DNA from: Tubiluchus corallicola
Lineage: Eukaryota > Animalia > Priapulida
Reading direction: 5' to 3'
Length of the DNA: 64,000 nucleotides
Assembly: GCA_030141605.1 (NCBI GenBank)
Contig: JAQGDQ010000086.1
Span: 243,418 to 307,417, forward strand
Below, one piece after another: positions 36,669 through 48,407 of the stretch. The translations under genes and the position numbers were made by a program. The notes beneath the pieces were generated by a model. The model did no database searches. It saw only the letters and a program-made list of their open reading frames with translations, and was not told the origin of the DNA. Each line of letters opens with the position of its first letter. The stretch's first letter is position 1.

Positions 36669-37903
36669 TGATTCGATATCGGCACTGCTCCGAGCGGAAA
36701 GTTTTGCCTTGGCAACACGGATTTTATACGTCGTAAAAGTTTGAGAAACTGGCACCTGAGAATTTGGTATAGATAAGTCTTACTTAGTTGAAGGTCTGTA
36801 CCCTACATGAAATATCAAATACGCCAGGTACCTAGTAACTTTTGGCTATTGACCAGCCATATATTTGACCATATATTTGACCTCAGTTTGACCAAGGCGT
36901 TAGAAGCGAAAGTCTTTAGCGAGTATTTGCCAATTTTCGTTCTTTTTTCCTTTGGTAACTCTTAAAATTTTCGTTTGCATCTGGCTGGTACTGCATAGCG
37001 TACATTGCTGTTTACACTTCAGAACGACGTTGGTCTCTAATGATTCTACATTTTTCTGTTCCAGGATAAGGAAGCAGGCATGCATGCAATGAAACTAGGT
37101 AGAAATAGAGGGATTCAATTTGAATCTCAGTCTCTTCAAGTAATCTTCTCGACCAAAATGCCCATATTCTTTAAATATCAGTAAAATGCAAACATCAATT
37201 GCTCGATAGAAAATAAATGTAATTTAGTTGTTGATTTCGATTATTCTATGTAATTATGCATAATATATACAAATTAATATATTTAAAAACGGCAAAGATA
37301 ATAAGCAAATAGTTATCTGAAGTAGCACAGGTCCTGCAAAATATTTTACACATAATCGGGGCTAAATTGGAACGATCATGCTCAACGATGCTTGAGCATT
37401 TCCAGTTTTTCCACTGACACTTTTAACTGTACATAATTGTAGCAAAAATTGTAGTACATGTAGTAAAAGATACTTGGCAGGGAGAAAATAATAGTTCACG
37501 TAATCAGTATATTATAGAACAGCTAGCTTGGTGCTAGGCGACCTATGCAGTTCTCCTAAATAAAATGTACTAGAAACCTACTGAAAATAGTTCATAATTT
37601 CCACCCTGTTTTGTTTCATTTTAGCACGTACGTCTTATGTCTTAAACGGGTATGTTGTTCTTCAAGTTGTAGTTCTGGGACTAGGTACAACAGATAGAGA
37701 ATCGAAAGTCGTGTAGAGAAACCAAACAGGTGACGATTTCTCAGGACAGCTGATATTTCCTGTTTACGTTTGCTATCCAAAAGCTGCTCTATAAGCTAGT
37801 AAACAAGATGCCATGGTAAACAGATGGGAAAATAATATTTATTGTTCTAATAAGACATAGCAGTAGTTTTGATCATAAAGGTGCACTGTGCTGACGATCA
37901 GAC

Positions 37904-40507
37904 ATGTTACGCTTCTTAGCTTTTGGGTTCCTTTTGTGGAATTTATTCTCATTTTCTGGCAAGTTCATCTTTCGCAATGATCTAGTTGTGGTCTATATTA
38001 ATTACATCACTTGCATAGTGTTTTGCCAAATCAATAAGTGTTGATATTCCTTAAATACTAGTTAAGAAATTTTAGAAAAAAGTTCTTTTCCGCGAAAAAA
38101 GCAGATATAATAGATACTAACACAAACGAAAGTTAGTCAGCTTGAATTAAGCCTGTGTTATGATTATCATTCTAACTTAATTGACTAGGCCTATGTAACG
38201 TCTATTCACCTTGAATCATTTTTACACGTATTTTCTTTTTCAAATTCATTGGCGTAGCGCCTCAAGCAAGTGAAAGTCCTAAACGGCACTTTTCCAGTAA
38301 CTATTTCAGTGAAGTGTAGTTGAGCATGTGTCACCACCTGATACGGATCGTTTTTTCGTGAAATTTTTCTTTCAGCGGCTGAATATAAATGCGACATTAT
38401 CCCGCCTAGACCAGCGGCTTGGCCTAAAGGAGCATATGGAATACCCAAGTCCAATACTGGCTGTCCGGCAACGCATGGATTTAGTTGGAAAGAGGGATAC
38501 CGCTACCAAGACACCGAGGATTGGTTTCCAGACAGCGACTGGAGTAGCTCCCTTTATGGTCAAAACTCGTAAGTCTCTGCTTTTACGCTCTTTATAATAT
38601 TTCCTTGATAGTAAGTAGATAATTTTACTACGAGTACTGTAGGGGGAGTTAATGGTGACTAACTTTATGAGTCCCGCATTTTGAAATAAGACCGGTGGGC
38701 TACATAATTATAAAGATATATATTTGCACCTAGCAATACACCTCAGCAAACGGTACATTTTTATCAATTAGTACACTACGTGGGAATTGTGCGCATCACT
38801 GATCATTTATGGGTCGGTAGCATTAGCAGTTGATAGCTCAGCAGTTAGGCGACACACTTAAATGTCTCATGTGTTCGACCCTTTAACCGAGATCACAATA
38901 AGAAATCATTGTATGGGATCTCCAGGGTCACGTTGCTCGCGGATAAAAATTACACCAAGTCTCTCTTTTTCTCGTTACTCAACAAGGAGCACTGTTCTGA
39001 AGCTGGGATTGTGTATAGGCGATAGTTAACGATCAGTTATTTATGGGTAGGTCTTCGCCTTAAAGGAATATTTTAACTATTCATATTAATTCACAAGTAG
39101 AAAAATTACCTTCATTGCACATGTATGCCTATGTAGAAGATAGTAATCTACCTGACAACACAACAACAGACTAATAATGGAGAACCTGAGCCCTGCTCAA
39201 CTAAATCAATAATGTTTTTCAATAGCAAGCATTGACTATTGTGAAAAAGTCGGGACGTCCTGATTTAATCCTTGTAATTCACCAAAGAAAATTTGGACCC
39301 GGAATGAAGCAGAAAAGTTGTTTAAATATAAAGCCTTCTGTATTAAGATGCGATAACTTCAAGGTGACCAAAGTTTGTATCCTACTTTCACTAAAAGTCC
39401 AAAAAAATTCGTCTATAATCATTTATAGTCATCTACAATTATGTTAAAATATATTGCGCGCACACAACTTTTTTTCGCACTAATTCCGCAACTTTCGGTA
39501 AAGTTGCGGATCATGAATATTGAAAGTTCGCCAAACGACATCGATTCTAATTATCCCGTAACATAATTCTTATAATGCAAGATTCGATGTTAGATAAGCA
39601 GCTCCAGTAAGGGCTGTCTCCATATTTAAATTTTGTATTTCTTCTTTGTTTTCCTTAAATACTTCAATTCTTAATTTTCTTCTTTTTTCAAGAATTCTCG
39701 CTCTTTTATGTTTCTATTTCCCCTCTCTTCTTCCTTTTCTTCCGTTCACTTCACTCTTCATCGGTTTCGCTTTTGTCTTTAGTATGTAAAACACTTTCAG
39801 TTAACGTCGTACCAAATTTTCTAGTAAAATTCTACCGTGAAATAACAGGAACAACAATAAGATAAAACCTAACAAGACAACACAATGGAGCTGCATGCTT
39901 AATTTATGGACAGAAATTTCTTTTATTTTTATTTTTATTTTACTGGACTTCAACAGTTTTTTTCTGGTAGACACTTTACGCTTAATTTACATTTGTTAGT
40001 TAAATGTTAGTGTATTACTTCAGTTCTGTTATTCTTTTCCAGAGTTTCACATATAGAACAGTATTTCTGCATGAAAACAGACACAGACAGCAGTGTTGAT
40101 AATGACGACAGCCGGGACCCGTGGCCTGCGGGACAATATTGCATTTTCAGAGCTGCAAACCTAGATTGTCCGGCCGGGTTCAGTGACGGGTGGATATACT
40201 GGGACGACGAAGATTACAGAAATGAAAACTCGGTAAATGAAAAACGAGTTTAAGTTTAACCAAGTACCGACACTAAAACTATAAAACTTTTTTTCATTGT
40301 ATAAGGAGTAAAACAAATACAATTAAACAAATACAAATACAACTTTTTAAACAATTAAAAAGTAGACAGTGCAAAAGTTTAGAAACTACGACGCGATTAT
40401 CAGGAAAATTTGTATCAGCTTCCGTTTTAAACATCGGCGCATGAATACATTGCGGTTAAATGAGATAAAGGAGTGTAGGTGAAATCTTTTAAGAAAATCT
40501 GAGAGAG

Positions 40508-40576
<69 letters not shown>

Positions 40577-41977
40577 GGGTCAGAGAAGAGGGAAAGGAAC
40601 AGAGGGATCCCGGAGGGAGAGGCAGTAGCGTGTGTAACAGCATTTCAGTCCGTGTTAATTATAGTCTATTTTGCAGCATTCAGGGAGCGTTCCACACGGA
40701 GACTACGGCGCAAACACAAAAATCTGGTATTGTTGTAGGGGCGATGGTGACCCCAACGTGGCCGTCCACTTGCCAAAGTCACAACCTTTTCATCTGCTTA
40801 AATATGGTAGCCAGTGCCAAAAAGTATGCAAATTAAAATGTAGTAGGGCTGTTGTGTGATCCTAAGAATTTTGCTTGCTCATTGACTACTTATTATTAAA
40901 TGCAAGAGAAAAACATAGTACATATGTATGTGTAGTGTAGTATAGTACTGTAGTATGTACTGGGTGTTTCATAAGTCACTCACAAATTTGATTTTTAATT
41001 TTCTTTGATGCTAATCAACGAATGACGTTTACTTTGTGGGTAAACTTTTACTAAGTACACTGTAATTGAAATTTGTTGAAAGTGAGCTGTTTTCTTCTAT
41101 TATCGTGCTGATCTACAGTAGAGGTGTAAAATCGCGTGACAAGCTCACTCGCCATAGCATACACTATGCTATGTCTTTTTGGGTGTACGTTAATAGCAAA
41201 GCGTACGCCAACCAAGCTGCGAGATCTCCCCAAATAGAAAAACGGGTGAGGAATGCATATGCTCTCTTACTGCCGAAATGTTGTCCCTGCCGATTAGTCA
41301 AGAATGTGTGTAAAAGTAATTCGGTTTGTGTCAAAAAGGTTGGCACTCACTTTCAGGTGTATTAGTGATTTTCTACTATACTTATGAAGCCAAGTTTGAG
41401 AGCTTCAATTTTTTATGAATCGTAGAGTCTGCAACCAAATTTCATCTTGGTTGATTTTGTACCTGCTCTTTTAGCGAACATTTTAGAATGTAGATGTTGA
41501 ATGAACATTTTACGCCCTAAGAAAGCACTGTTACCAAAACAAGGCTTTGTCCTATAAGCATGTGCTTCGCTGTTTCTGGAATATGTTGAATTATTTTCAC
41601 ACTGCAACAAAATACCTAATCTCGTCATACACAGATTGATAGTTTTTGTCATAGTGAGACAAGTAAGTTTTGAACTTCATTTATCAAGAACAGGAGTCGC
41701 ATCCGGATAATAGAACAGGAAGAAACACTCTTGTTAAGTTTCAGTTCTCAATGGAAAGTTCTTGAAAAAATGAACTAAATCCATTTTCAATTTGTAGTAA
41801 GCCTAACTCCCAGCTGCTTGTGATATTTTGCAGGTATGGGGCATGAAGAGCAGTGATGAGTGGGTTCTGTGGGACACTGAATGGTTCTGGAACGACAATG
41901 CAGCGGGCGGAGCATGTCCATCTGGCGAAGTCAATCAACAAATTATAAGAGTTGATTACTGCTATTACACTGCATGA
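37904..41977 (+). CDS. Secreted apextrin-like (ApeC domain) protein C, 242 aa
   Basis: Exons 37904-37958 (MLRFLAFGFLLWNLFSFS; GC donor G|gcaagt), 38376-38568, 40043-40232, 40677-40823, 41834-41977; 729 nt. Motifs WPKGAYG, RYQDTED, WPAGQYC, GWIYWDDED, WYCCRGDG, WDTE, DYCYY. Confidence 0.88.
40511..40566. repeat. (GA)n microsatellite
   Basis: Seen directly. Confidence 0.97.
40959..41400 (+). mobile_element. Tc1/mariner-superfamily transposon remnant
   Basis: SFWVYVNSKAYANQ...LVKNVCKSNSVCVKKVGTHFQ resembles the transposase C-terminus (FLWGYVKSKVY...C....GGHFE). Starts at TA-ctgggtgtttcataag. Right end uncertain. Confidence 0.6.
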
Positions 41978-43379
41978 TTTTACAAATCCGGTTTAAAATT
42001 GAACTATTCTTTTGATCTTCTAAAAATCGTCAATGAAATTTGATGTGTATACAAAACACGTTAAATTTATTATTCTTCAACATTTTTTTACAAACAAAGT
42101 TAATATAATTCCCGTATAATGTCACGTTTTAAAGGAGTACATAAAGTGTGATCGATTTTTATCATGGTCTTAATAAAAATAAAGTTTTGTTGTTGTGCAT
42201 AAGGGTAACCTCTATCTTACGTGTTATGTATGAGTGCATTATCATTATACGAAGGGTTTTTGTATCATAAAGCCCAAATCAGCTATCTGTATCTGTCTAC
42301 CACAGAATAAAGACCTGAAATTCTCAAAAGTGGAAGCTTGTGCTACTACACAGCTGCTTACATGTGAAATGCTTACGTGAGGTACAGAGTAGGTATAAAT
42401 AAACGTTTGTATCAGCTAACATCATCTATTAATATGGAATGAATTTAAGTAAGATGGAATCATGGCTGACAAGAACATAAAATGATAGGCTTTAAATATC
42501 GTGCCAGATCGTATCTCATCATTATCAAAACCATATCCTAAAAGTATAGAGACATCAAACCAAGAAAGGGACAGCCACATCTGGACGAATATGGATCCCC
42601 TCTCAGAATTATGGCAGATAAAACAGTCGTCGAAGTAGTTTTCTTGACGGTCACTCATTCATTTGCAAACTAGGTTCATCAATGTTTAACTTCAATAGCT
42701 AAACACGTGCTTCTACCACTCATCCTATACAAACTATTTACAAGGCGTAACTCGCGTGCGCTCTCTAAGTACATAGAATGTACATAAGTTGTTAGTCTGT
42801 TCAGCACTACTCCTTGACAGCTAAAACAAAACAAAAGGATAATATTAAAATCTGTATTATGTAGCACTCTAGCACATGCTGTGTTCTTGTCTGAATTTTG
42901 TTCACAACAACATCAGAAAAGGAAAGTTTTGCACAATTTTCCCCTGTTGCTCTGCACTGTCTGGTCCTTCTTAATTTTGTAGTAATTTTCGCTGTTAATT
43001 TTGTTACAAGTAATAAATGCATGCGCTATGTACGTATGTTAAAAAGTACAGTAAAAACCGTAGTAACGGAAGTGCAAAATCAGCCTAGCTGCTAGTTAAC
43101 GTTTGTAGCCTGACATATCACAGATGATTTTTCAACTGTTATAAATATATCTGTTATTGTCTGTCAATTTCAAACTTAAAGTGCATGTACAGAAATCGGC
43201 TGGATGCGCCTGGAGACAATGAAACCGACAGTACGCCGGAAACAAAATAAAATTATTTCCGGTTCCGCTGTTCTAGTACTAGTTTTTTGTCGTCGACTCG
43301 TCGTGGTTTTTAACAAAAGTGAAAGTAAAATCAGCAGTCATCTATAATAATGTTTTGTCTTATTTTTAAAAAATAAGTT

Positions 43380-46300
43380 ATGACACAGAATGTAAACAAA
43401 TGCGGAACATTCTTGGAGTATTGGATATGGGTCGCCAGATTATGGGGTATTATTACTGGCATAGGTTAGTATCATTTTTTTCGATTATTTCTGAGTTCGA
43501 ACGCCTTTATCGAGACAACGAAATCTCAGAGATCAGTTCAAGTGTCTTTAACTCTAAGTCCTTCAAAAGCATTGACGAACGACAATTTTAATTTAAGGGA
43601 ATGATACGATTTGTGTGAAAGAAAGTTTGCAAAAATTAAAGGGAGAATTCAATTCCATTCATTTATTAACTCCTGAAGAATTACAAAATACAGTATTAGG
43701 AATACATGCAATTACGTAACAAAGGAGAAGGGCAGCGAAGAATACGTAGGTTATCTAGTCAGCCACCCTTGGCACTGGCTCTATCATGACACTGAGTACA
43801 GAGTAGTCTTAATTTGGTACGAAAAGGAGATGGAGCAGCATAAAAATCATATCTCATTTCACACAGAGAAGGTGCAACCAGAGCTGGCAGAGATTACATA
43901 GAAACCTTAATTCTAGTTTATCAATTATTGTTAAATGTACCAATGAGGATCTGACGGCATACTTAAAAGAAAAGATGCCACTAGTGCTAGTAGTGGCTTT
44001 TCATTGTAAAATATATCTTGAAAGCTGTCTGTACCTTTATTAGCAATTCGAATAAAAACAATTGCACAAGACAACATGAGACAATATGCACAGTAAAAAC
44101 AGTTCGCTAAAACAATGACATAGGGGAGAATTCCGGTTGGGTACTCATGGTATACGATATATAATTATTATTTTTTATCAAGTAATTTTATTTATTTCAG
44201 GTTTATGGGGCATCGGAGTGGAAACTTGTTATGACGGAAATCTTCTGGGCGGCTATCTTTTGTGAGTTAATACAATTGTGTATTCATTTTATCATGTATC
44301 ATTTTATCATGTTTTATGCCCCATAATAAAAATTGGTGTAAGGTCACGATGTTACATGTACATTCATTGGATAGAAACACATTAGACAGAATCTGTTGAT
44401 GAGTAAGTGTTCAGTTAAGTGGCAGTACTGCAGAGGCTGTCATATTTGTATAAATTTATAAAAGGAGAGGTCTGAAACAAGCAAAATGTGTCCAAAAATG
44501 AAGTAATCCCAGGATTACAGCTTCTCAGGTCTGACCATATCTCACCCCAAATGGGAAGCTGCTTTACTGTTAATGACTTAAGTGCATCTTACAATTCATT
44601 GGTCTGAATTCTGGAGACAGAAAATGAAACTATAATCTATAGTCACACTTGCATTTTTTTTGCAGATTTGCCGCCATTGTCGTTACTTTTCTTGAGACGA
44701 CATTTTTGCTAAATATATTTATTACTGTATGTGTCAGGTAAGTTTCTGAAACTAATTCTTAGGATTGCAATGTATGTGTTGAAATTTCCTAGATCTAATT
44801 AGCCTTTTTTAGAAAGAAACAAGAATATCAATACTAAAAGTGGCACAAATTATCTGGACCTCGAAAGATTGAAATTGATAGTAGATACTAGAACATAGGG
44901 CATTCTTTATTCACTTCGTTGCATTTGTGGTATTTGTGTACATTCTAGGAGTTTTTTAAAAAACCTTAAGTGCAATTAAAATAGTCATGTTTTGTTTTCT
45001 CAAAGTCTTCAGAAACAAAGTCACAAAGTCGAAATTTCAAGCACTAGGAAGATTTTCAAGCCAGATAAAACCTATATTCTAAGCATTTTGCCTTTACCTT
45101 CTACTGCATTTTACTTTATTTTTTATTTTGCTGTAACTAATTTTGTAACTAACTTTCTTTAGCACTGTACACTACATTGTACTGCAGTAAAATTGAATAA
45201 ATGCAATACTTATAAATTCGACATTTACAAGCGACTACGAATTACCTACCAAAACTGGTGTAGCGTGCTGTATGTGAAATGGCACTCAAATTGGTTATGC
45301 AAGGTAGTTTGAACATTCATAGAAGTAATGCGTGTTTATAGTAATTAATGGTTTTTGTAGAATATGTATATGGTAACAGTTCACCAGTTTTCCCCAACAC
45401 TGGTAGTTGTGCAAAACAGTTAGGCCCAAGTTACAATTTTAAGCTCTAGCGTATTCAGTTACACTGGTCCCAGTTTTAATAACACAAATCTTATATTTCA
45501 TCATGATTGCAAAGTGCGACCTCTATGCTTCATATAACATAATGATTAATAATTATGTTCATGACATTGGTGTGCTCATCAGTGCCTTACTATAAACAGG
45601 CCTACATAAAGAAAAATATTATTTTAAATGCCATACTAATCTCTTAATAATGGTATTTGATCTTTTTCAAAGCAAAAAATAATTTTTGCTTAATAATAGA
45701 ACAAAAACTCAAATTGTGTCAAAATAACTTCAAGCTCTACTGCTTTTTAATAGTGTTCAGTCAAGAGTTGAGTTGTCAGTTAAAGGCAAGAACAAGTCAC
45801 TCAGTATGTTGGGTTTATTTTGCTGTTATCACTTAAACTTAAAAAAACAGCAAAGAAATTTGCAAAAAACTGTTTGTAAAGCATAAATTTAAATATACTA
45901 CCTCTGAATAGAAATTTTCAGGCGTGATGGTTGCCGCCCATTCACTTGAAAATTATGACGTAACTGGGAGACATCGTGACTTTTCGTAAATGCATCACGG
46001 CTTTCCGTAAGCACGCACTGCTTAAACTAATTCAAACTTCGGCAACTTACCTAAAGTTCACACAAAAACATTACAAAATTAGCTATCTAATTTTTTTGTA
46101 AAGACTTATTTTACTTTTGGCGAAGATTGATAGTGCGCTACTTTTCTTTAAAATGAATGACGTCATAGGAAGAATAATGGGCGTTGAAAATGGGAGCGGT
46201 CAGGCATGAAGTGACCGCAACTTCAAAGTAATTTTACTAGTTACACGAGGCGCTATTGCAATTTTATTACTGATCCTTCTAACATTTTTCATGTACATTG

Positions 46301-48407
46301 AAATAAGCCTAACTTTACAGAAGACTTGGCCTTTCCTTTAAGATTCTTATTTTCATTTATACGTAATGCGATCATACTTTTTTTACTCATTTATGTTTAT
46401 GCTGGTTAATACTTGTTTAGTGACACACATATCGATGAAGATAACGATCGCTCACGACCATGTTCGTGTGCTCATTGTTGGGAAGCTGTGTTGAGGTTTG
46501 AGTACTGGAAGAAAGGTGTCTTGTACACATGTCTTGGCGCTCTATGCTTTGTACAACCTCATGTAGTGTGGAAAGCTTTAATTAACGGTACGTGGACTAG
46601 ATTTTGGTACGGAAATTCACGTTTATATTAGAAGGGAAGTAGATGACTGCTACGGAAGTTAACGAAACAGTGGGCCTGATTAGTAAATGGATGAATGACT
46701 GCCATAGAAAATGCTTTTGTTTTGTCTGCCTTACCACTTTTGGTTATATCTTGTTGAGATATGTATATTCATCTGGATGTGGCTAAGTCATCTGTAATGG
46801 TTCAGCATTTTGTCCAGAGGGGATTAAGCATAGTGAGCTAGTTTAGGTTCCTACCACAACAATCTACATTTAGTAGCACCTGATGTTGAGTGCTGAAACC
46901 TAGTTTGCAGTGGTTGTGTACTGGTCATGGCACTACGAATGTCCTTAGTTCAAAATCATGTTCAGTTCTGCCTGTTTTTGATGAAGTTTGATTTAAAACA
47001 TTAATTATCTACTATTACATATTAATTGCATGTTCTTTTTGTTATTACAGTAGGTGCCGCTTAATAGACTCACTTTGGGACCGACTGAATCTATTAACCA
47101 ATGGGTGTAGTATTACAGGTATAGAAGTATGACTCATCAGCTTACTATGTACTGCAAATATTTTTAATGAATTTTAGAAATGAAATAATGCCTAAATTCC
47201 TTTGTGCAGTTAAAAATTAGAAAAGATATTTTGAAATAATAATTTATATAAGTGAATTAGCAATAAATTAAAAAGTATACTTTTCTAAATCACTGACTTT
47301 TCTAAGTCTGCTTATTTACAAAAGTTACAAAAATTCCTTCAAAGTCGGCTGCTTCATTTTCTCGCGAAGAAGTTGGCCCACAAAGTTCTCGTAATTATAA
47401 AAACGTTGAAAATTGTTGTTGTGTGTGACTAAAACAGTTCTGAATCGTCTGCTCAGTTACATTGCCCTTATTTGCTGTACGATGTTTACTCGTGTAAGTC
47501 ACAAGGAATACCGGCTGATTATGTACCTGCATCTTAAACTGTTAATTCATTAAGCCTGAAAGCGTGATTTGCAATGAGAGCATGAAAAGGAAACCGCTAG
47601 GCAAGTGATTAAATGTTTAACTTCCAAAATTTCTTTGGGTAATAGTGGGCGAGCGGGTAAGAGATTCAAAGCAAAACAGCTACGTTAGCGTATTAGTGCC
47701 TGATAAACGTACCTGCTTATAAACAAAACGGTACTTAACATGCAAAAAAGCGAAGTAAAGATGACATAAAAGTAGGAAAGGCTCTTTTGACACATACAAA
47801 TATCTTATTTTAAGTAGGTGAAGGAAAAATATTGAGTCAATTATGCAGAGTTATTTGAGTCAATTAACGATAGTTTTTATGTATATTTGAATAGAAGCAG
47901 CCCGTTGCATGCGTTTTTGAGTCACTTAAGCGATTGAGTCTATTAACTGTGAGTCTGTTAAGTGGCACCTACTGTAATATTAAGCTTACTTAAGACTAAT
48001 CAAGTTTTGTGTTCTTTTAGGTATTATGTTATTGATACTGGCAATTATACATTTTATACGCACATTTGAACTCAGGTACTTCAATGAAGCCTTGATTTTG
48101 CTAGAAAAGCCTTCTTATGATCGGTAAGCTAGTCACTTGCACTTTCTGCATGTTAGTTGTTGTACATACTAAGTACAATAAATGGTTAATACTAAGTAGA
48201 ATAAATAGTAAATACTAAATACGATAAATACTAATTAGTTAAATAGTTAAGTGAATAATTGCTTTCTTTTTTTATTATTATTTTAGATTTGCAGATGTAG
48301 AAGACATAGATTTGGAAATAAATGGCGAGATGCATATCGATATTCCAAGTCTACCAGCAACGGAAACGGAAACTCTGGCTGAACAAGCTGAAATATTAGA
48401 TGTATGA
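43380..48407 (+). CDS. TMEM72: TMEM72-like multi-pass membrane protein, 202 aa
   Basis: Exons 43380-43464, 44201-44261, 44666-44737, 46421-46587, 48021-48123, 48287-48407; 609 nt, all GT-AG and in phase. EYWIWVARLWGIITGIGLWGIGVET..GYLLFAAIVVTFLE..WKKGVLYTCLGALCFVQPHVVWKALINGIMLLI parallels human TMEM72 (EYTCRLLGITT..GVGTET..YLLF..FQKFLAY..CFLHPVLVWHVTIPGSML). Confidence 0.85.
47048..47974. mobile_element. pogo/Tigger-type non-autonomous DNA transposon (927 bp)
   Basis: 26-bp TIRs cagtaggtgccgcttaatagactcac / gtgagtctgttaagtggcacctactg (2 mismatches) with TA duplications at 47046-47047 and 47975-47976. Minus-strand remnant KMKQPTLKEFL*. Confidence 0.9.

Noticed and set aside
38540-38570. Apparent frameshift in ApeC gene C exon 2
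   Set aside because: On recount the exon is 193 nt and in phase (WSSSLYGQNS). It is only two codons shorter here than its paralogs.
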